64,000 nt of DNA from Acidobacteriota bacterium (GTDB lineage: Bacteria > Acidobacteriota > UBA890 > WLXD01), in assembly GCA_963666215.2 (NCBI GenBank), contig CAXWPL010000003.1:192001-256000 (forward strand), written 5' to 3'. Under the pieces are notes generated by a model. It was not told the origin of the DNA, ran no database searches, and was given only the letters and a program-made list of their open reading frames with translations. Below, piece after piece: positions 33,743-43,546 of the stretch; the stretch's first letter is position 1; the number at the start of each line of letters is the position of its first letter. Both the position numbers and the translations under genes were made by a program.

Positions 33743-35167
33743 TCAGAGAATCGCTCGCCGCGCTTTGGAAGCTGGGATGGACAACTCTTCGCGATACTTG
33801 GCAACAGTCCTGCGCGCGATACTCAGCCCGTCGATCTTCAGTCGAGCGGCTACCGCGGCGTCGGACAGCGGCTTGTGTGCGTTTTCTCCTCCGATGAGCT
33901 TGCGGATCCTCTCCTTCACCGACCGCGACGACACGTCATTGCCGCTGGAATGGCCCAATCCGCTGTGAAAGAAGTACTTCATCTCGTAGATGCCCTGCGC
34001 GGTGTGCATGTACTTCCCGTTTACCACACGCGACACCGTCGACTCGTGCATCTCGATGTCGTCCGCCACGTCGCGGAGCACCATCGGTCGCAGCGCTCCA
34101 ACTCCGTTCGCAAGGAAGTCCTGCTGATGCGCAACGATGCTCTCGGCCACCTTGCGAATGGTGCGCTGTCGCTGGCCGTACGACTTGATCAGCCACAGAG
34201 CCGAGCGCAGCTTCTCCTGTAGGTAGGCTGATGTCTCCTTGGGCAGGCTGTCGCCGGCGCTCAGCATCTCGTGATAGAGCCGCGACACGCGGAGCTTGGG
34301 CAACCCGTCGTCGTTCACCACGATGCGATAGACGTCGCCGTCCCGGCGGACATACACGTCGGGGATGATGTAGCGCGGTATTTCGTCAGAGTAGGCCTGG
34401 CCGGGGCGCGGATTGAGCGTCTTGATGAGCTCCACGGCTGCCGCCACCGATTCGATATCGGCGTCGAGCTGACGCGCCATCTCGCGAAACCGGTGCGCCG
34501 TCAAGTGGGCGAAGCCGTCGCGCACGACGGCGGTCGCCAGATCGTGCTCGAGGTCCAAGCGTTGCAGCTGCAAAAGGAGACAGTCCTGGAGATCGACGGC
34601 TCCAACACCCGGTGGATCGAGCTCCCGGACCAACTCCATGGCTCCCTCGACCTCGTCAATGTCCCAGTCGTCCATCGCAGCCAACTCCGCTGCGCCGATA
34701 CGCAGGTAGCCGTTCGGGTCGAGGTTCCCGACGATCGCCTGGCAAATCTCGAGGCGCAGAGCACTGACCTCGGTCATCTCGATCTGCCAAAGCAGGTGGT
34801 CCGAGAGCGAAGGCGTTGCCGTTAGTGTGTTCTCGAAAGGTGGTGCCTCGAACTGCTCGCGCATGTTCGGCGAGGTCGGCTGATAGTCGAAGTACTGCTC
34901 GAAGAACGAATCAACATCGAGATTGTCGACGACGGCCTCGTCCGCATCGGTCTGCGGCTCGGCTTCCGACTCGGCATTGGCGTCCCCCTCGAGATCGGAG
35001 GGCGACTCATTGCGATCCTCGAGAACCGGGTTCTCCACCATCTCCTGCTGCAGCGTCTGCTCGAGCTCGAGCCTGTTCAGCTGCAGAAGGCGAATCGCCA
35101 TCTGCAACGCTGGCGTCATCACCAAGCGCTGCTGCAGTCGAGGAGTCAGTCTTAATTGGAGTGCCAT
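33743..35167 (-). CDS. rpoN: RNA polymerase sigma-54
   Basis: Q/L-rich region I, HESTVSR and RpoN box ARRTVAKYRE. Confidence 0.98.
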   Translation of the reverse strand: MALQLRLTPRLQQRLVMTPALQMAIRLLQLNRLELEQTLQQEMVENPVLEDRNESPSDLEGDANAESEAEPQTDADEAVVDNLDVDSFFEQYFDYQPTSPNMREQFEAPPFENTLTATPSLSDHLLWQIEMTEVSALRLEICQAIVGNLDPNGYLRIGAAELAAMDDWDIDEVEGAMELVRELDPPGVGAVDLQDCLLLQLQRLDLEHDLATAVVRDGFAHLTAHRFREMARQLDADIESVAAAVELIKTLNPRPGQAYSDEIPRYIIPDVYVRRDGDVYRIVVNDDGLPKLRVSRLYHEMLSAGDSLPKETSAYLQEKLRSALWLIKSYGQRQRTIRKVAESIVAHQQDFLANGVGALRPMVLRDVADDIEMHESTVSRVVNGKYMHTAQGIYEMKYFFHSGLGHSSGNDVSSRSVKERIRKLIGGENAHKPLSDAAVAARLKIDGLSIARRTVAKYREELSIPASKARRAIL

Positions 35168-35175
35168 GGTCGAAC

Positions 35176-35997
35176 TCAGTTGAGGCTAAACGATTCGCCG
35201 AGGTAGATCTTTCGCACCTGCGGGTCACGCTCGAGTTCCTGCGGCCGGCCCGAACGGAAGATCTTGCCAGCGGTGATGATGTACGCGCGATCGGTGATCC
35301 TCAGGGTCTCGCGAACGTTGTGATCGGTCACGAGAACACCGATGCCGCGCCCGCGCAACTCGCCTACCAGGCCCTGAATGTCGGCGATTGCAATCGGGTC
35401 GATGCCGGTAAACGGCTCGTCAAGCAGAACGAATGAGGGGTTGGTGGTCAACGCCCGAGCGATCTCGACTCGACGGCGCTCGCCGCCGGAGAGCGTGTAG
35501 CCGCGCTGTCGCGCGACGTGGCCGAGTCCTAGATCGTCAAGGAGCTCCTCGCAGCGCCGCAACCGTTCGTCGCGCGATATCGGCAACCCCTCGAGAATCG
35601 CCAAGAGGTTCTCCTCTACCGTGAGCCGTCGGAATATCGACGGCTCCTGAGGCAGGTAGGAAATGCCGAACCGCCGTGCGCGTACGAACATCGGCTCGCG
35701 GGTGAGGTCGGCGCCGCCGAGCGAGATGCGCCCCTCGTCCGGCCGGGTGAGTCCCACCACCATGTAGAAGGTGGTCGTCTTGCCAGCACCGTTCGGTCCC
35801 AGCAACCCGACGACCTCTCCCTCTGCGATCTGCAAGCTCACGCCGTCGACTACGCGCCGGCCACGGTAGGCCTTTACCACGCCGGAAACCTCCAGGGTGA
35901 GCGCCCGACGGCCGTCCTGGCGCACGCGCCCCAGTTCCTGATCGCCCATGCGCTCTGCTGCTGGCGGCGTCATCGTTATCTGGCCCCGTTCCTGCAT
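35176..35997 (-). CDS. lptB: LPS export ABC ATPase
   Basis: [46 protein letters not shown]. Confidence 0.96.
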   Translation of the reverse strand: MQERGQITMTPPAAERMGDQELGRVRQDGRRALTLEVSGVVKAYRGRRVVDGVSLQIAEGEVVGLLGPNGAGKTTTFYMVVGLTRPDEGRISLGGADLTREPMFVRARRFGISYLPQEPSIFRRLTVEENLLAILEGLPISRDERLRRCEELLDDLGLGHVARQRGYTLSGGERRRVEIARALTTNPSFVLLDEPFTGIDPIAIADIQGLVGELRGRGIGVLVTDHNVRETLRITDRAYIITAGKIFRSGRPQELERDPQVRKIYLGESFSLN

Positions 35998-36005
35998 GTG
36001 CGGCT

Positions 36006-36035
36006 ATCGTAGCGATCCGCCAACATCGCCGTCAA
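36006..36035 (-). promoter_or_regulatory. Putative sigma70 promoter for the lptB-rpoN operon
   Basis: Minus strand TTGACG-N18-TACGAT just upstream of lptB. Confidence 0.5.
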
Positions 36036-36350
36036 ACACTTCTTGCACCAGGACACCCGACGTTTCTCCTTCTTTGTCAATCACTTACGGCGCCCTGAGA
36101 TACCGTCGGCGAGATTGATTCGACGGTATTCATGATTCTGAGACAGAGCGCACAATCAGCCATCGGAGTTGTCGCGAACTGACAGATCGAGGAAGAACCA
36201 AGCGTCGGACAGCACGATAGTGCAGCAGCGGTCGGCTGGCGCCAAGACGACTTTTTAGTGCTTTTTACTAGCCATCGATAACCAATAGAATGCTTCACAT
36301 CTCATCTAGTTCCGGCGAGGGGCCCTCACTGGGGCCCGTGGACAGGTGCT

Positions 36351-36806
36351 ATGAAGCTCGGACAGATTCTGGTTCGGAAGCATGTCATCGACCGTGCTCA
36401 GCTGCGCGCCGCATTGAGGCGGCAGCGCGAGCTGCAGATGCCGCTGGCGGAGATTCTGCTAGACATGGGGATCGTCTCCAAGGCAGAGCTGATGGCGGCG
36501 TTGAGGACCCCGCCGAACGCGTCGGTCGATTCCCTCACGCTCGATCGAATCAGCCCGGCGACCCTCAGCATGCTTCCCCGCGAGGTCGCCGAGGAGTTGC
36601 GCTGCATCCCGGTGCTGGCGAACCCGGAAGCCATGATCGTGGCCATGGTCGACCCTTTCGATCGAGAGGCGATTCGCAAGATCGAAGAGCTCACTGGCCG
36701 ACAAGTAATCCCCGCGATCGTCCGAGAGACAGAGCTGCAACGGGCATTCGAGCGCAAGCTGGGTTCACACATCGATCACGCGGGCCCCATCACCGACGTC
36801 GCCTGA
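36351..36806 (+). CDS. Stand-alone MshEN/GSPII_N domain protein (candidate c-di-GMP receptor)
   Basis: KLGQILVRKHVIDRAQLRAALRRQ-x5-PLAEILLDMGIVSKAELMAAL tandem MshEN-like motifs, then the IPV...VAMVDP subdomain. No ATPase domain. Confidence 0.8.
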   Translation: MKLGQILVRKHVIDRAQLRAALRRQRELQMPLAEILLDMGIVSKAELMAALRTPPNASVDSLTLDRISPATLSMLPREVAEELRCIPVLANPEAMIVAMVDPFDREAIRKIEELTGRQVIPAIVRETELQRAFERKLGSHIDHAGPITDVA

Positions 36807-36828
36807 TCTGGCTGCGAGAACTATAGCC

Positions 36829-39336
36829 ATGGCCGCAGAGAAACAACCCATCGAGCTACTGCGCCGACGCGACGCGGCAACGCTTTCGTTCCTCAGGCGA
36901 CTCACTTTCGCGATCAAGGCGTTACAGATGTACCCGCTGGGCTCCGAGGTCGCGAGAAACGGCCTCGAGAAGTGCCGCGAGGCGCTCGCGGACGCGCTGA
37001 GCACCGGCCCACTCGAGCTGCTGATTTTGCCCAAGGCCGTGCGTTGGAGAGGACTGAACGACGACACCCTCGCCAATCAGTTCGAACAACTCGGTAGCCA
37101 TCTGCACGCTCGCGGAGTCGCAAGGCTGCGGCTGTTGCCAGAAGCCGAGGAATCGGCGCTCGCCACGCTGACACGCCTACTGGCGACACGCGCAGACGAG
37201 ACTGCGCTGCGCGATGCGGTCGAGAAGCTTCCCACGGGCGCACTCGATGGTTTCGAAGTTCATTTCATCGAGCTCGGCAACGTCTTCGACAACGATTCCG
37301 GCGGCCCCTGCGCTGCCGACCGTTTGTGGGAGAACATCGTCACCGGATTCTCAGGTGCCGCCGGTGGCCCACCCGGCTCCGCGCCGGCCTGGATGGCCGG
37401 GCTCGGCAACGAGCTCGAGATTGATGCCGCGCAGACCACCGGTACAACGTCGACCGACGGCGGCGATGGCAACGGACCCGGCGGTTACCCGGGTACGGGT
37501 GTCCCGGGCGGAGGCGACGCGCGCCCCGGCAATCGCTGGCAGCAGATCGCTGGCGATCCCGAGTCGATGCGAACGTTCTTTGAATGGATCACCGATCGCG
37601 ACGCCTTGAAGGGGTCGGTTGCGGGCTACTCGCGTGCCGACCTCGTTAGCCTGAGCCTCGAGAAGCTCGGCGGCGCCGCGGTGTCCAACGGACCGCAGAC
37701 GTTCAACGAACTCTCGAACATGGCGCGCGACATGTTCGAAAGACTCGATCCCGAGGCATGGATCGAGATTCTCGCCGACCCACTGGCCGTTGAGATCGAC
37801 CCCGAGCAAGCCTCCACGGCGCTCAGCACTGAGGAAGGCGAGATGTCGGCGGAGATGGCAAATGCCTCCACGAAACTGCTAGGTGCGATCCATGCGTCGA
37901 CGATCGATGTGTCGCAGAGCGCTGCGAGCTCGTTGAGCGACGCGCAGGTCAAAGAGCTCATCCTGTACAGCCTGCGCAACCGCGAGCGGGCGACGCCTAG
38001 GCTCTACAGGCTCTTCAATCGCCTGCTCAGCTCACGCCCCACACGAGGCGAGATCAGCCGGGAGGTGATGGACACGTTCCTCGGCGGATCCGAAGCCACC
38101 AACGTGGAGGGCCTGCTCGAGAGCTGGCCCATGATCTCGGACGCGCTACTGGGCGAGGACGTCTCTCCCTACATCACACGCAACTACAGCAGCACGCTCG
38201 ATCAAGCCGTCCGCTCCGGCGCGCCCAGAGCCTACTGGGACCTGGACAAGACTACGCCTCGGCTGCGCGAGCTCGAGTCCCAATTCCTGTGGCGTCGACG
38301 CATCCTCGTGACCCGCGGTCTGTTCGAGCGAGAAACTGAGGACAGCGGCTACGCGCTGCTGATCGGTTCTCTGGTCGAGGAATTCGGCAGTCTGATCGAA
38401 CACGCCGAGTTCGCTCTCCTGGAAGATGTTCTCAGCACCATCGTGTGCCACGCCGAGCGGGACTCGCGACCCAAGGCCCAGCAGCAACTGGCAGCGGACG
38501 CGCTGCAACGCCTACGCGAGCGCGAGGCTCTGCAAGCTCTGGTCGAGGCATTGTCCACCGGTCCGGACGAGTGCTTCCACCTACTGTGGCGCATCTTCGA
38601 GCACCTTGGCGAATGCGTCATGCCGGTGCTCATCGAATCGCTTGGTCACAATCCGTCTTCTACCGCCCGCCAGCGCCTTCGCCGAATTGTGACCCACTCA
38701 CCGCGAAGCTTCTTGGACGAGGTTGGCCGTCATCTTGATGGTGATGATGTCAATTCCACCCGTTCGCTGATTTGGCTTATCGGCGAGGTACGACTCCCTG
38801 AGTGCGCCGAGTTGCTCACCGGCGCCATCAATAACCCCGATCCAGGCTTGCGCTGCGAAGCCTTGAACGCGCTCGCAAAAATCGGTGGCACCAGGGCGGA
38901 ACACGCCCTGGTGCGCGCGGTTTCGGACAGTTCTCTCGAGGTCCACGTGGCGGCCTTGCGCGCGCTTGCCGAGACCTTCGCGATGCGCTCCGCCGCTGAC
39001 CTGCTCAAGCACCTCGAGGCACCCGACTGGCGGGGCCAAAACACCCGAGTGCTTGTTGCCGTGCTCGAAGCGATTGCCAGCATGGGAGATCCCTCGGTGG
39101 CCGCCGCTCTGCGACCGCTGACGCGCGCGCCGTGGCTCTTCCGACGACGCCGGTTGCCCGTGATGGAGGCTGCTCGGCGGGCGCTGGCCGCTTGCCAGGA
39201 ACCCCGACCCAAGACGACTGGATCGACCACGCCGGGGCCCGAGGCCCTACCCCCTGAACCTCCTGACAAACGCTTCCATCTCAGTGTGCGGCGGCACATG
39301 AACGAACCGAACAACAACGAGCGAGCGGCGGCATGA
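36829..39336 (+). CDS. Large HEAT-repeat protein with unannotated N-terminal domain
   Basis: C-terminal HEAT repeats (LRCEALNALAKIGG, VHVAALRAL, AVLEAIASMGD). No signal peptide. Confidence 0.8.
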   Translation: MAAEKQPIELLRRRDAATLSFLRRLTFAIKALQMYPLGSEVARNGLEKCREALADALSTGPLELLILPKAVRWRGLNDDTLANQFEQLGSHLHARGVARLRLLPEAEESALATLTRLLATRADETALRDAVEKLPTGALDGFEVHFIELGNVFDNDSGGPCAADRLWENIVTGFSGAAGGPPGSAPAWMAGLGNELEIDAAQTTGTTSTDGGDGNGPGGYPGTGVPGGGDARPGNRWQQIAGDPESMRTFFEWITDRDALKGSVAGYSRADLVSLSLEKLGGAAVSNGPQTFNELSNMARDMFERLDPEAWIEILADPLAVEIDPEQASTALSTEEGEMSAEMANASTKLLGAIHASTIDVSQSAASSLSDAQVKELILYSLRNRERATPRLYRLFNRLLSSRPTRGEISREVMDTFLGGSEATNVEGLLESWPMISDALLGEDVSPYITRNYSSTLDQAVRSGAPRAYWDLDKTTPRLRELESQFLWRRRILVTRGLFERETEDSGYALLIGSLVEEFGSLIEHAEFALLEDVLSTIVCHAERDSRPKAQQQLAADALQRLREREALQALVEALSTGPDECFHLLWRIFEHLGECVMPVLIESLGHNPSSTARQRLRRIVTHSPRSFLDEVGRHLDGDDVNSTRSLIWLIGEVRLPECAELLTGAINNPDPGLRCEALNALAKIGGTRAEHALVRAVSDSSLEVHVAALRALAETFAMRSAADLLKHLEAPDWRGQNTRVLVAVLEAIASMGDPSVAAALRPLTRAPWLFRRRRLPVMEAARRALAACQEPRPKTTGSTTPGPEALPPEPPDKRFHLSVRRHMNEPNNNERAAA

Positions 39337-40760
39337 GCTCAACCGCAGCCCTGAGCGTGCCCATGCAGAGCCGCGAACAACTGCAGCAGTTCGCCTACTT
39401 CGCGCTGGGCGCCCAGCAGTGCGACTCGCTTTACCCCGCGGAGCACCCGCGCACGCGGCGATCCATCCGCAACCTCTATCTCCATACCGCGGAGATACTG
39501 CGCGAGACGCATGAGATCCGCATCGCGCTTGCCGACGGCGAGCTCATCTACGATCGGCACGCGATGCCGGCCAACAATGACCTGTTGAAGGGCTTCGCCA
39601 AGCTGCTGAGTACGGCCGGAGTCTCACGACTCGTGATTATGCGCGGCGTGCGGCAATGGGAAATCGAGGGATTCATCCGCCACATCAACTCGGATCCGAA
39701 CGAGATCATGCGGGTGGAGGATCTTCAGAGCGCGCTCGCCTGCGACGGCATCGAGCACATCGAAGTCGGCCATCTGGCGTTGGGCGGCACCGAGCGTGGC
39801 GGTAGTGGTTTCGGCGGCGGTGGCGTCGGCACCGGCGACGCGCTTCCGTCGGCTTGGGAGGTCTACTCCGCAGGGCTCGAGGCGTCGCGCTGGATTCGCA
39901 GTGCCGCGCGAGAGGGATTGAGCCGAGATCACGTACACGCGGCGCGCAAGTTCGCCGCTAGCCTGGTCGAGGTCGCCAGCCACCAGACCGCTGCCCTACT
40001 CATGCTCCACTCGCTCAAGGTCCACGATCAGTACTCGTATACGCACTCGGTGAACGTTGCGATGCTCAGCCTGGCGATCGCTCAGGGCCTCGAGTTGCCG
40101 CCCGCAACGCTGCGAGAGATTGCTTTGGCCGCGCTGCTCCACGACATCGGCAAGGAACTGGTTCCTCCCAAAGTGCTCAACAAACCGGGCAAGCTGACCG
40201 AAGAGGAATGGGAAGTCATGCAGCGCCACAGCCCCGACGGGGCCAAGCTACTCCTGGCCGCTCCGGATCTCGGCGACCTGGCGATGGTCGTGGCCTACGA
40301 GCATCAGATCGCCTACGAGGTCGATAACCCCGACCGCGGCAAGTGGCCCCTGCACTTCGTTTCCGAAATCGTCTGTATCGCCGACGTCTACGACGCGCTG
40401 CGCTCGCACCGCCCCTACCGCCGTGCGCTTTCGCCCGAAGATTCGATGCGGATCATGGAGGAGGAAGCCGAACAGAAGTTCGACACGGCGCTGTTCGAAG
40501 GCTTCCGGCGCATGTTCGGATACTGGCCTCCGGGCACGTGTGTCGAGCTGAACAACGGCGCTATCGCGGTCTCGTCACACGCCAATCCGGACGACCCGGC
40601 GAGACCACGTATTCTCGTGGTCCGCGATCCAAAGGGTAACGAGCTGGAGAGACCAGTCCCACTCGAACTGGTCGATCTCGACGATGAGTACGCCGGATTC
40701 CAGATCAAGAAGACGGTGGACGGCGACGAGATCGGCGTCGAGCCGCTGGATTACTTGTAA
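39333..40760 (+). CDS. HD-GYP-family phosphodiesterase-like protein (variant motifs)
   Basis: HDQYSYTHSVNVA, LLHDIGK, LTEEEWEVMQRH, IADVYDALRSHRPYR. ATGA overlap with the HEAT gene. Confidence 0.88.
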   Translation: MSSTAALSVPMQSREQLQQFAYFALGAQQCDSLYPAEHPRTRRSIRNLYLHTAEILRETHEIRIALADGELIYDRHAMPANNDLLKGFAKLLSTAGVSRLVIMRGVRQWEIEGFIRHINSDPNEIMRVEDLQSALACDGIEHIEVGHLALGGTERGGSGFGGGGVGTGDALPSAWEVYSAGLEASRWIRSAAREGLSRDHVHAARKFAASLVEVASHQTAALLMLHSLKVHDQYSYTHSVNVAMLSLAIAQGLELPPATLREIALAALLHDIGKELVPPKVLNKPGKLTEEEWEVMQRHSPDGAKLLLAAPDLGDLAMVVAYEHQIAYEVDNPDRGKWPLHFVSEIVCIADVYDALRSHRPYRRALSPEDSMRIMEEEAEQKFDTALFEGFRRMFGYWPPGTCVELNNGAIAVSSHANPDDPARPRILVVRDPKGNELERPVPLELVDLDDEYAGFQIKKTVDGDEIGVEPLDYL

Positions 40761-40899
40761 GAGCTTCGTCCGCGAGCGCGGCCCGCGGGGCGACCCCGCC
40801 GAGCTCGGCCCATGTTTGGCGAGCGCAGCGCAGCGGGGTGCTGGCTGACATCCCGGGCTCAGCGGCCGCTCGCTGCAGGCCCACAGAGCGCGCCACGAG

Positions 40900-43230
40900 C
40901 TACTGGATCGACGTGATGTCGGGCCGTCGAACGACGTTGGTCACCGTGCGGCCGTTCTCGGTGGCGGCTACCTCAACAGAATCGTCGCGCCAGTGGACCG
41001 TCAGCGCCTCGACGCTGGTGTACTCAACACCGCCGTACTCGAGGCGCGCGGGCGTACGCGAGCTGCCGAACAGCTCGAGGCGCTCCAGCTGGGGCGAGTA
41101 GATGAGACGTTCGGCCTCGGCACGCGCGTTGGGCTCGATGAAGCGCACATCGCCTTCGGCCTCGATCACATTCCATCCGCCGGCGTCGCCGAGCGCCACG
41201 GTAATGCGGTCGCTCTCTACGCGGCGATCACCATCGGTAAACTGCGCGTCGCCGGCCACCCTGAGCTCAGGTGGATCACCCTCGACGAGCAGGCTATCGG
41301 CGCGCAGAGTAATCCAACCCTGGGACTCAGGCGCCTCTGAGCTGGCCTCGTCCGAGGAGGATGCCCCGCTGGCGCCGGAGGCCACCAAGAGCTCGACGTC
41401 CCCTGTCGCGTGCAGCTGCTGCGGGCCGCCGTCGAGTCCGGTCAGCAAGAGCGCTTCGCTGACCAGCGACTGCTCACCCCAGACGATCTGTGATCCATCG
41501 TCCAGCCGCAGCGAGTGCGCCCCCAACTCGAGGCTCGGCGCTCGCAGGTCGACGCGCGCGACGCTCATTGGATCCGGATCGTCCTCGTCGCCGACGCTTC
41601 CGCCTGCACCGAAGATCGCCTGCAGAGCGCCGAGCTGCGCCGGTATGATCGCTGCCCGTACACCCCCGCTGGCGGAAACCTCGCCGGATCCCGCCAGCGA
41701 GATCTGCGGTGCCTGCACGTCGAGGTCGTCGTCACTCACGCTAGGAGCAGGCTCGCCACCCAGAATCCAGCCTCCTGTGGCCGCATCGTAGTCGGCCTCG
41801 CTTGCCGTGAGGAGTCGCGCACCCTCCGTGAAGCTCACACTCTCCGACCATTTGCCCGTTACCAGCCGACCCTCCAGCCATCGCAACTCCAGGCTCTCGC
41901 CGCGGAAGCGCCGCTTTTGACCATCCTCCGCAATCAACTCGGCAACAATCTTGCCGCTCGCCTCGAGACTGCGGATCCCCTCGTCGCCAGCAACGAGTGT
42001 CAAGCGAGCCGCCTCCAGGGAGGGCAATGCGCCATCCGGATCGCGACCACGCCACTTCGCCCCGCCGGCGGCTTTGACGCGCTGCGAGTCGCCGTCGGGA
42101 ACTAGCTGAAGCGTTCGAGCTGTGAGCTTGCCGCGGCCGGCGAACGCCAGCGAGGCGGACTCCGAAGCCTCGGAGCTGGCTTCAATCGACGACACCGTCG
42201 CGGCGGCGTCGAAGGAAAGGCGCACGTTGTCGCCCTGGAGCGTGTGCGAGCCACCTCGATCCTCCTCCTCGCCGTCGTCGGTAGGATCCTGCGAGCGGCC
42301 GTCCACGCCGCTAGCAGCATCCGCGAATTCGCTCGACGGCTCCTCCACACGAGCGGCCTTGGCATTCGGAAACCAGCGCAGACGCGCACCGGCGCTTGCC
42401 CGCACATCGCGGAGAGAGCGACCGCCTGCGCCAAGCTCCAGCGTCAGCTGATCGCCGGTCAGCCAGCCCTGTAAGAAATCGAGCCGCGAGTCTCCTTCCA
42501 GAAGCACCGTGTCGCCGCCCGGCACCATCAAGAGCCGTTCCGCTGAACCACGCAGATTCGCCGGTAACGACGACTCGGCCACCGCCGGATCGGAGCGGAT
42601 GACGAGATCCCCCCAGAGTCTCAACTGACGTGCCACGAGCTGAGTGTCGGCACCTTCGTCCTGGCCGCTGGTAGCGAGCTCGAGGCAATCCGACTTCACT
42701 TCGAGTCCGGCAAACCACAAGGTGTTCCGGCGACAATTGCTCACGACCCCCGTAGCACGATCCCAATCCACGCGACGCGTGCGGAACTCGACCCCCCCGG
42801 GCAGCGTGGCGTGAACGTTGTCGCTGATCTGGATTTCCTCGAAGGCGCCCACGTCGCCGCTGGTCTGCATTCGATCGCCGCGCACGACGACGGGCTCGCC
42901 GTCGCCCTCGGCGTCGCTGATTCTCAGCTCCACAGCGGCCCATTCCTGCCAGCCGTCCGTGAAGTCGAGCTGTTCCTCAGCCTTAATGGTGAACCGCTCG
43001 CGGTCGTTCGCGACCTGCGTCACCGAAAGCGAACGGGTGACCGCCGAAACCGGGCTCGGCCGGTTGCTCTCGGGAGTCTCGAGAACCCGCCGCGGTGCCG
43101 CGGTCTCGATGGGCTCCTCCTCGCCGGCCGCAACCTGGCCTCCTGGAGGACTCCACTGCGTGTAAACCGCCAACCCGACCGTCGCGGCAACCGCGACGAA
43201 ACCGAGCCGGAACGCGCTCCGTGCTCGCAT
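40900..43230 (-). CDS. Extended LptC/LptA (OstA-like beta-jellyroll) protein
   Basis: N-terminal membrane anchor, repeated beta-strand motifs (IEAEGDVRF, AEAERLIY, LELFG). Same orientation as, and upstream of, lptB. Confidence 0.7.
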   Translation of the reverse strand: MRARSAFRLGFVAVAATVGLAVYTQWSPPGGQVAAGEEEPIETAAPRRVLETPESNRPSPVSAVTRSLSVTQVANDRERFTIKAEEQLDFTDGWQEWAAVELRISDAEGDGEPVVVRGDRMQTSGDVGAFEEIQISDNVHATLPGGVEFRTRRVDWDRATGVVSNCRRNTLWFAGLEVKSDCLELATSGQDEGADTQLVARQLRLWGDLVIRSDPAVAESSLPANLRGSAERLLMVPGGDTVLLEGDSRLDFLQGWLTGDQLTLELGAGGRSLRDVRASAGARLRWFPNAKAARVEEPSSEFADAASGVDGRSQDPTDDGEEEDRGGSHTLQGDNVRLSFDAAATVSSIEASSEASESASLAFAGRGKLTARTLQLVPDGDSQRVKAAGGAKWRGRDPDGALPSLEAARLTLVAGDEGIRSLEASGKIVAELIAEDGQKRRFRGESLELRWLEGRLVTGKWSESVSFTEGARLLTASEADYDAATGGWILGGEPAPSVSDDDLDVQAPQISLAGSGEVSASGGVRAAIIPAQLGALQAIFGAGGSVGDEDDPDPMSVARVDLRAPSLELGAHSLRLDDGSQIVWGEQSLVSEALLLTGLDGGPQQLHATGDVELLVASGASGASSSDEASSEAPESQGWITLRADSLLVEGDPPELRVAGDAQFTDGDRRVESDRITVALGDAGGWNVIEAEGDVRFIEPNARAEAERLIYSPQLERLELFGSSRTPARLEYGGVEYTSVEALTVHWRDDSVEVAATENGRTVTNVVRRPDITSIQ

Positions 43231-43259
43231 CGCTTCAGCCTAGGCTCTGGGCGCCCGAC

Positions 43260-43544
43260 TCAGCCGCGCACCGGTCGGTGGCGATCGAACTCCTCACGGT
43301 AGTACTGGCGGTGCAGGATTTCCCACTCATCACCGCCCTCGGGAATATCACGCTTCTGCGAAGAGATCTTCTGGCGCACGCGACGCTCGATGAACTCGTC
43401 GCGCCGCAGCTCCTCTTGCAAGATCTGCACGATCACCAGACGTACATTGTTCGGCTCGCGGCGCAACTGCACCCCAGGGTCTTCGAGCAGCCCGTCGATT
43501 ACGAGCCGCGAAAGGTGATTAACCTTGTCACGTGAGAGTCGCAC
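43260..43544 (-). CDS. DUF507-family protein
   Basis: MRLSRDKVNHLS...VRQKISSQKRDIPEGGDEWEILHRQYY. Confidence 0.75.
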   Translation of the reverse strand: MRLSRDKVNHLSRLVIDGLLEDPGVQLRREPNNVRLVIVQILQEELRRDEFIERRVRQKISSQKRDIPEGGDEWEILHRQYYREEFDRHRPVRG

Positions 43545-43546
43545 GG

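Noticed and set aside
35998-36350. c-di-GMP riboswitch upstream of the MshEN cassette
   Set aside because: Could not find the GEMM-I or class II consensus elements by eye; an Rfam scan would settle it
40761-40899. GC-rich palindromic spacer between HD-GYP and the lptC/A-like gene as an ncRNA or att site
   Set aside because: Pairings are weak for this GC content, and no matching direct repeat was found at the other cassette end
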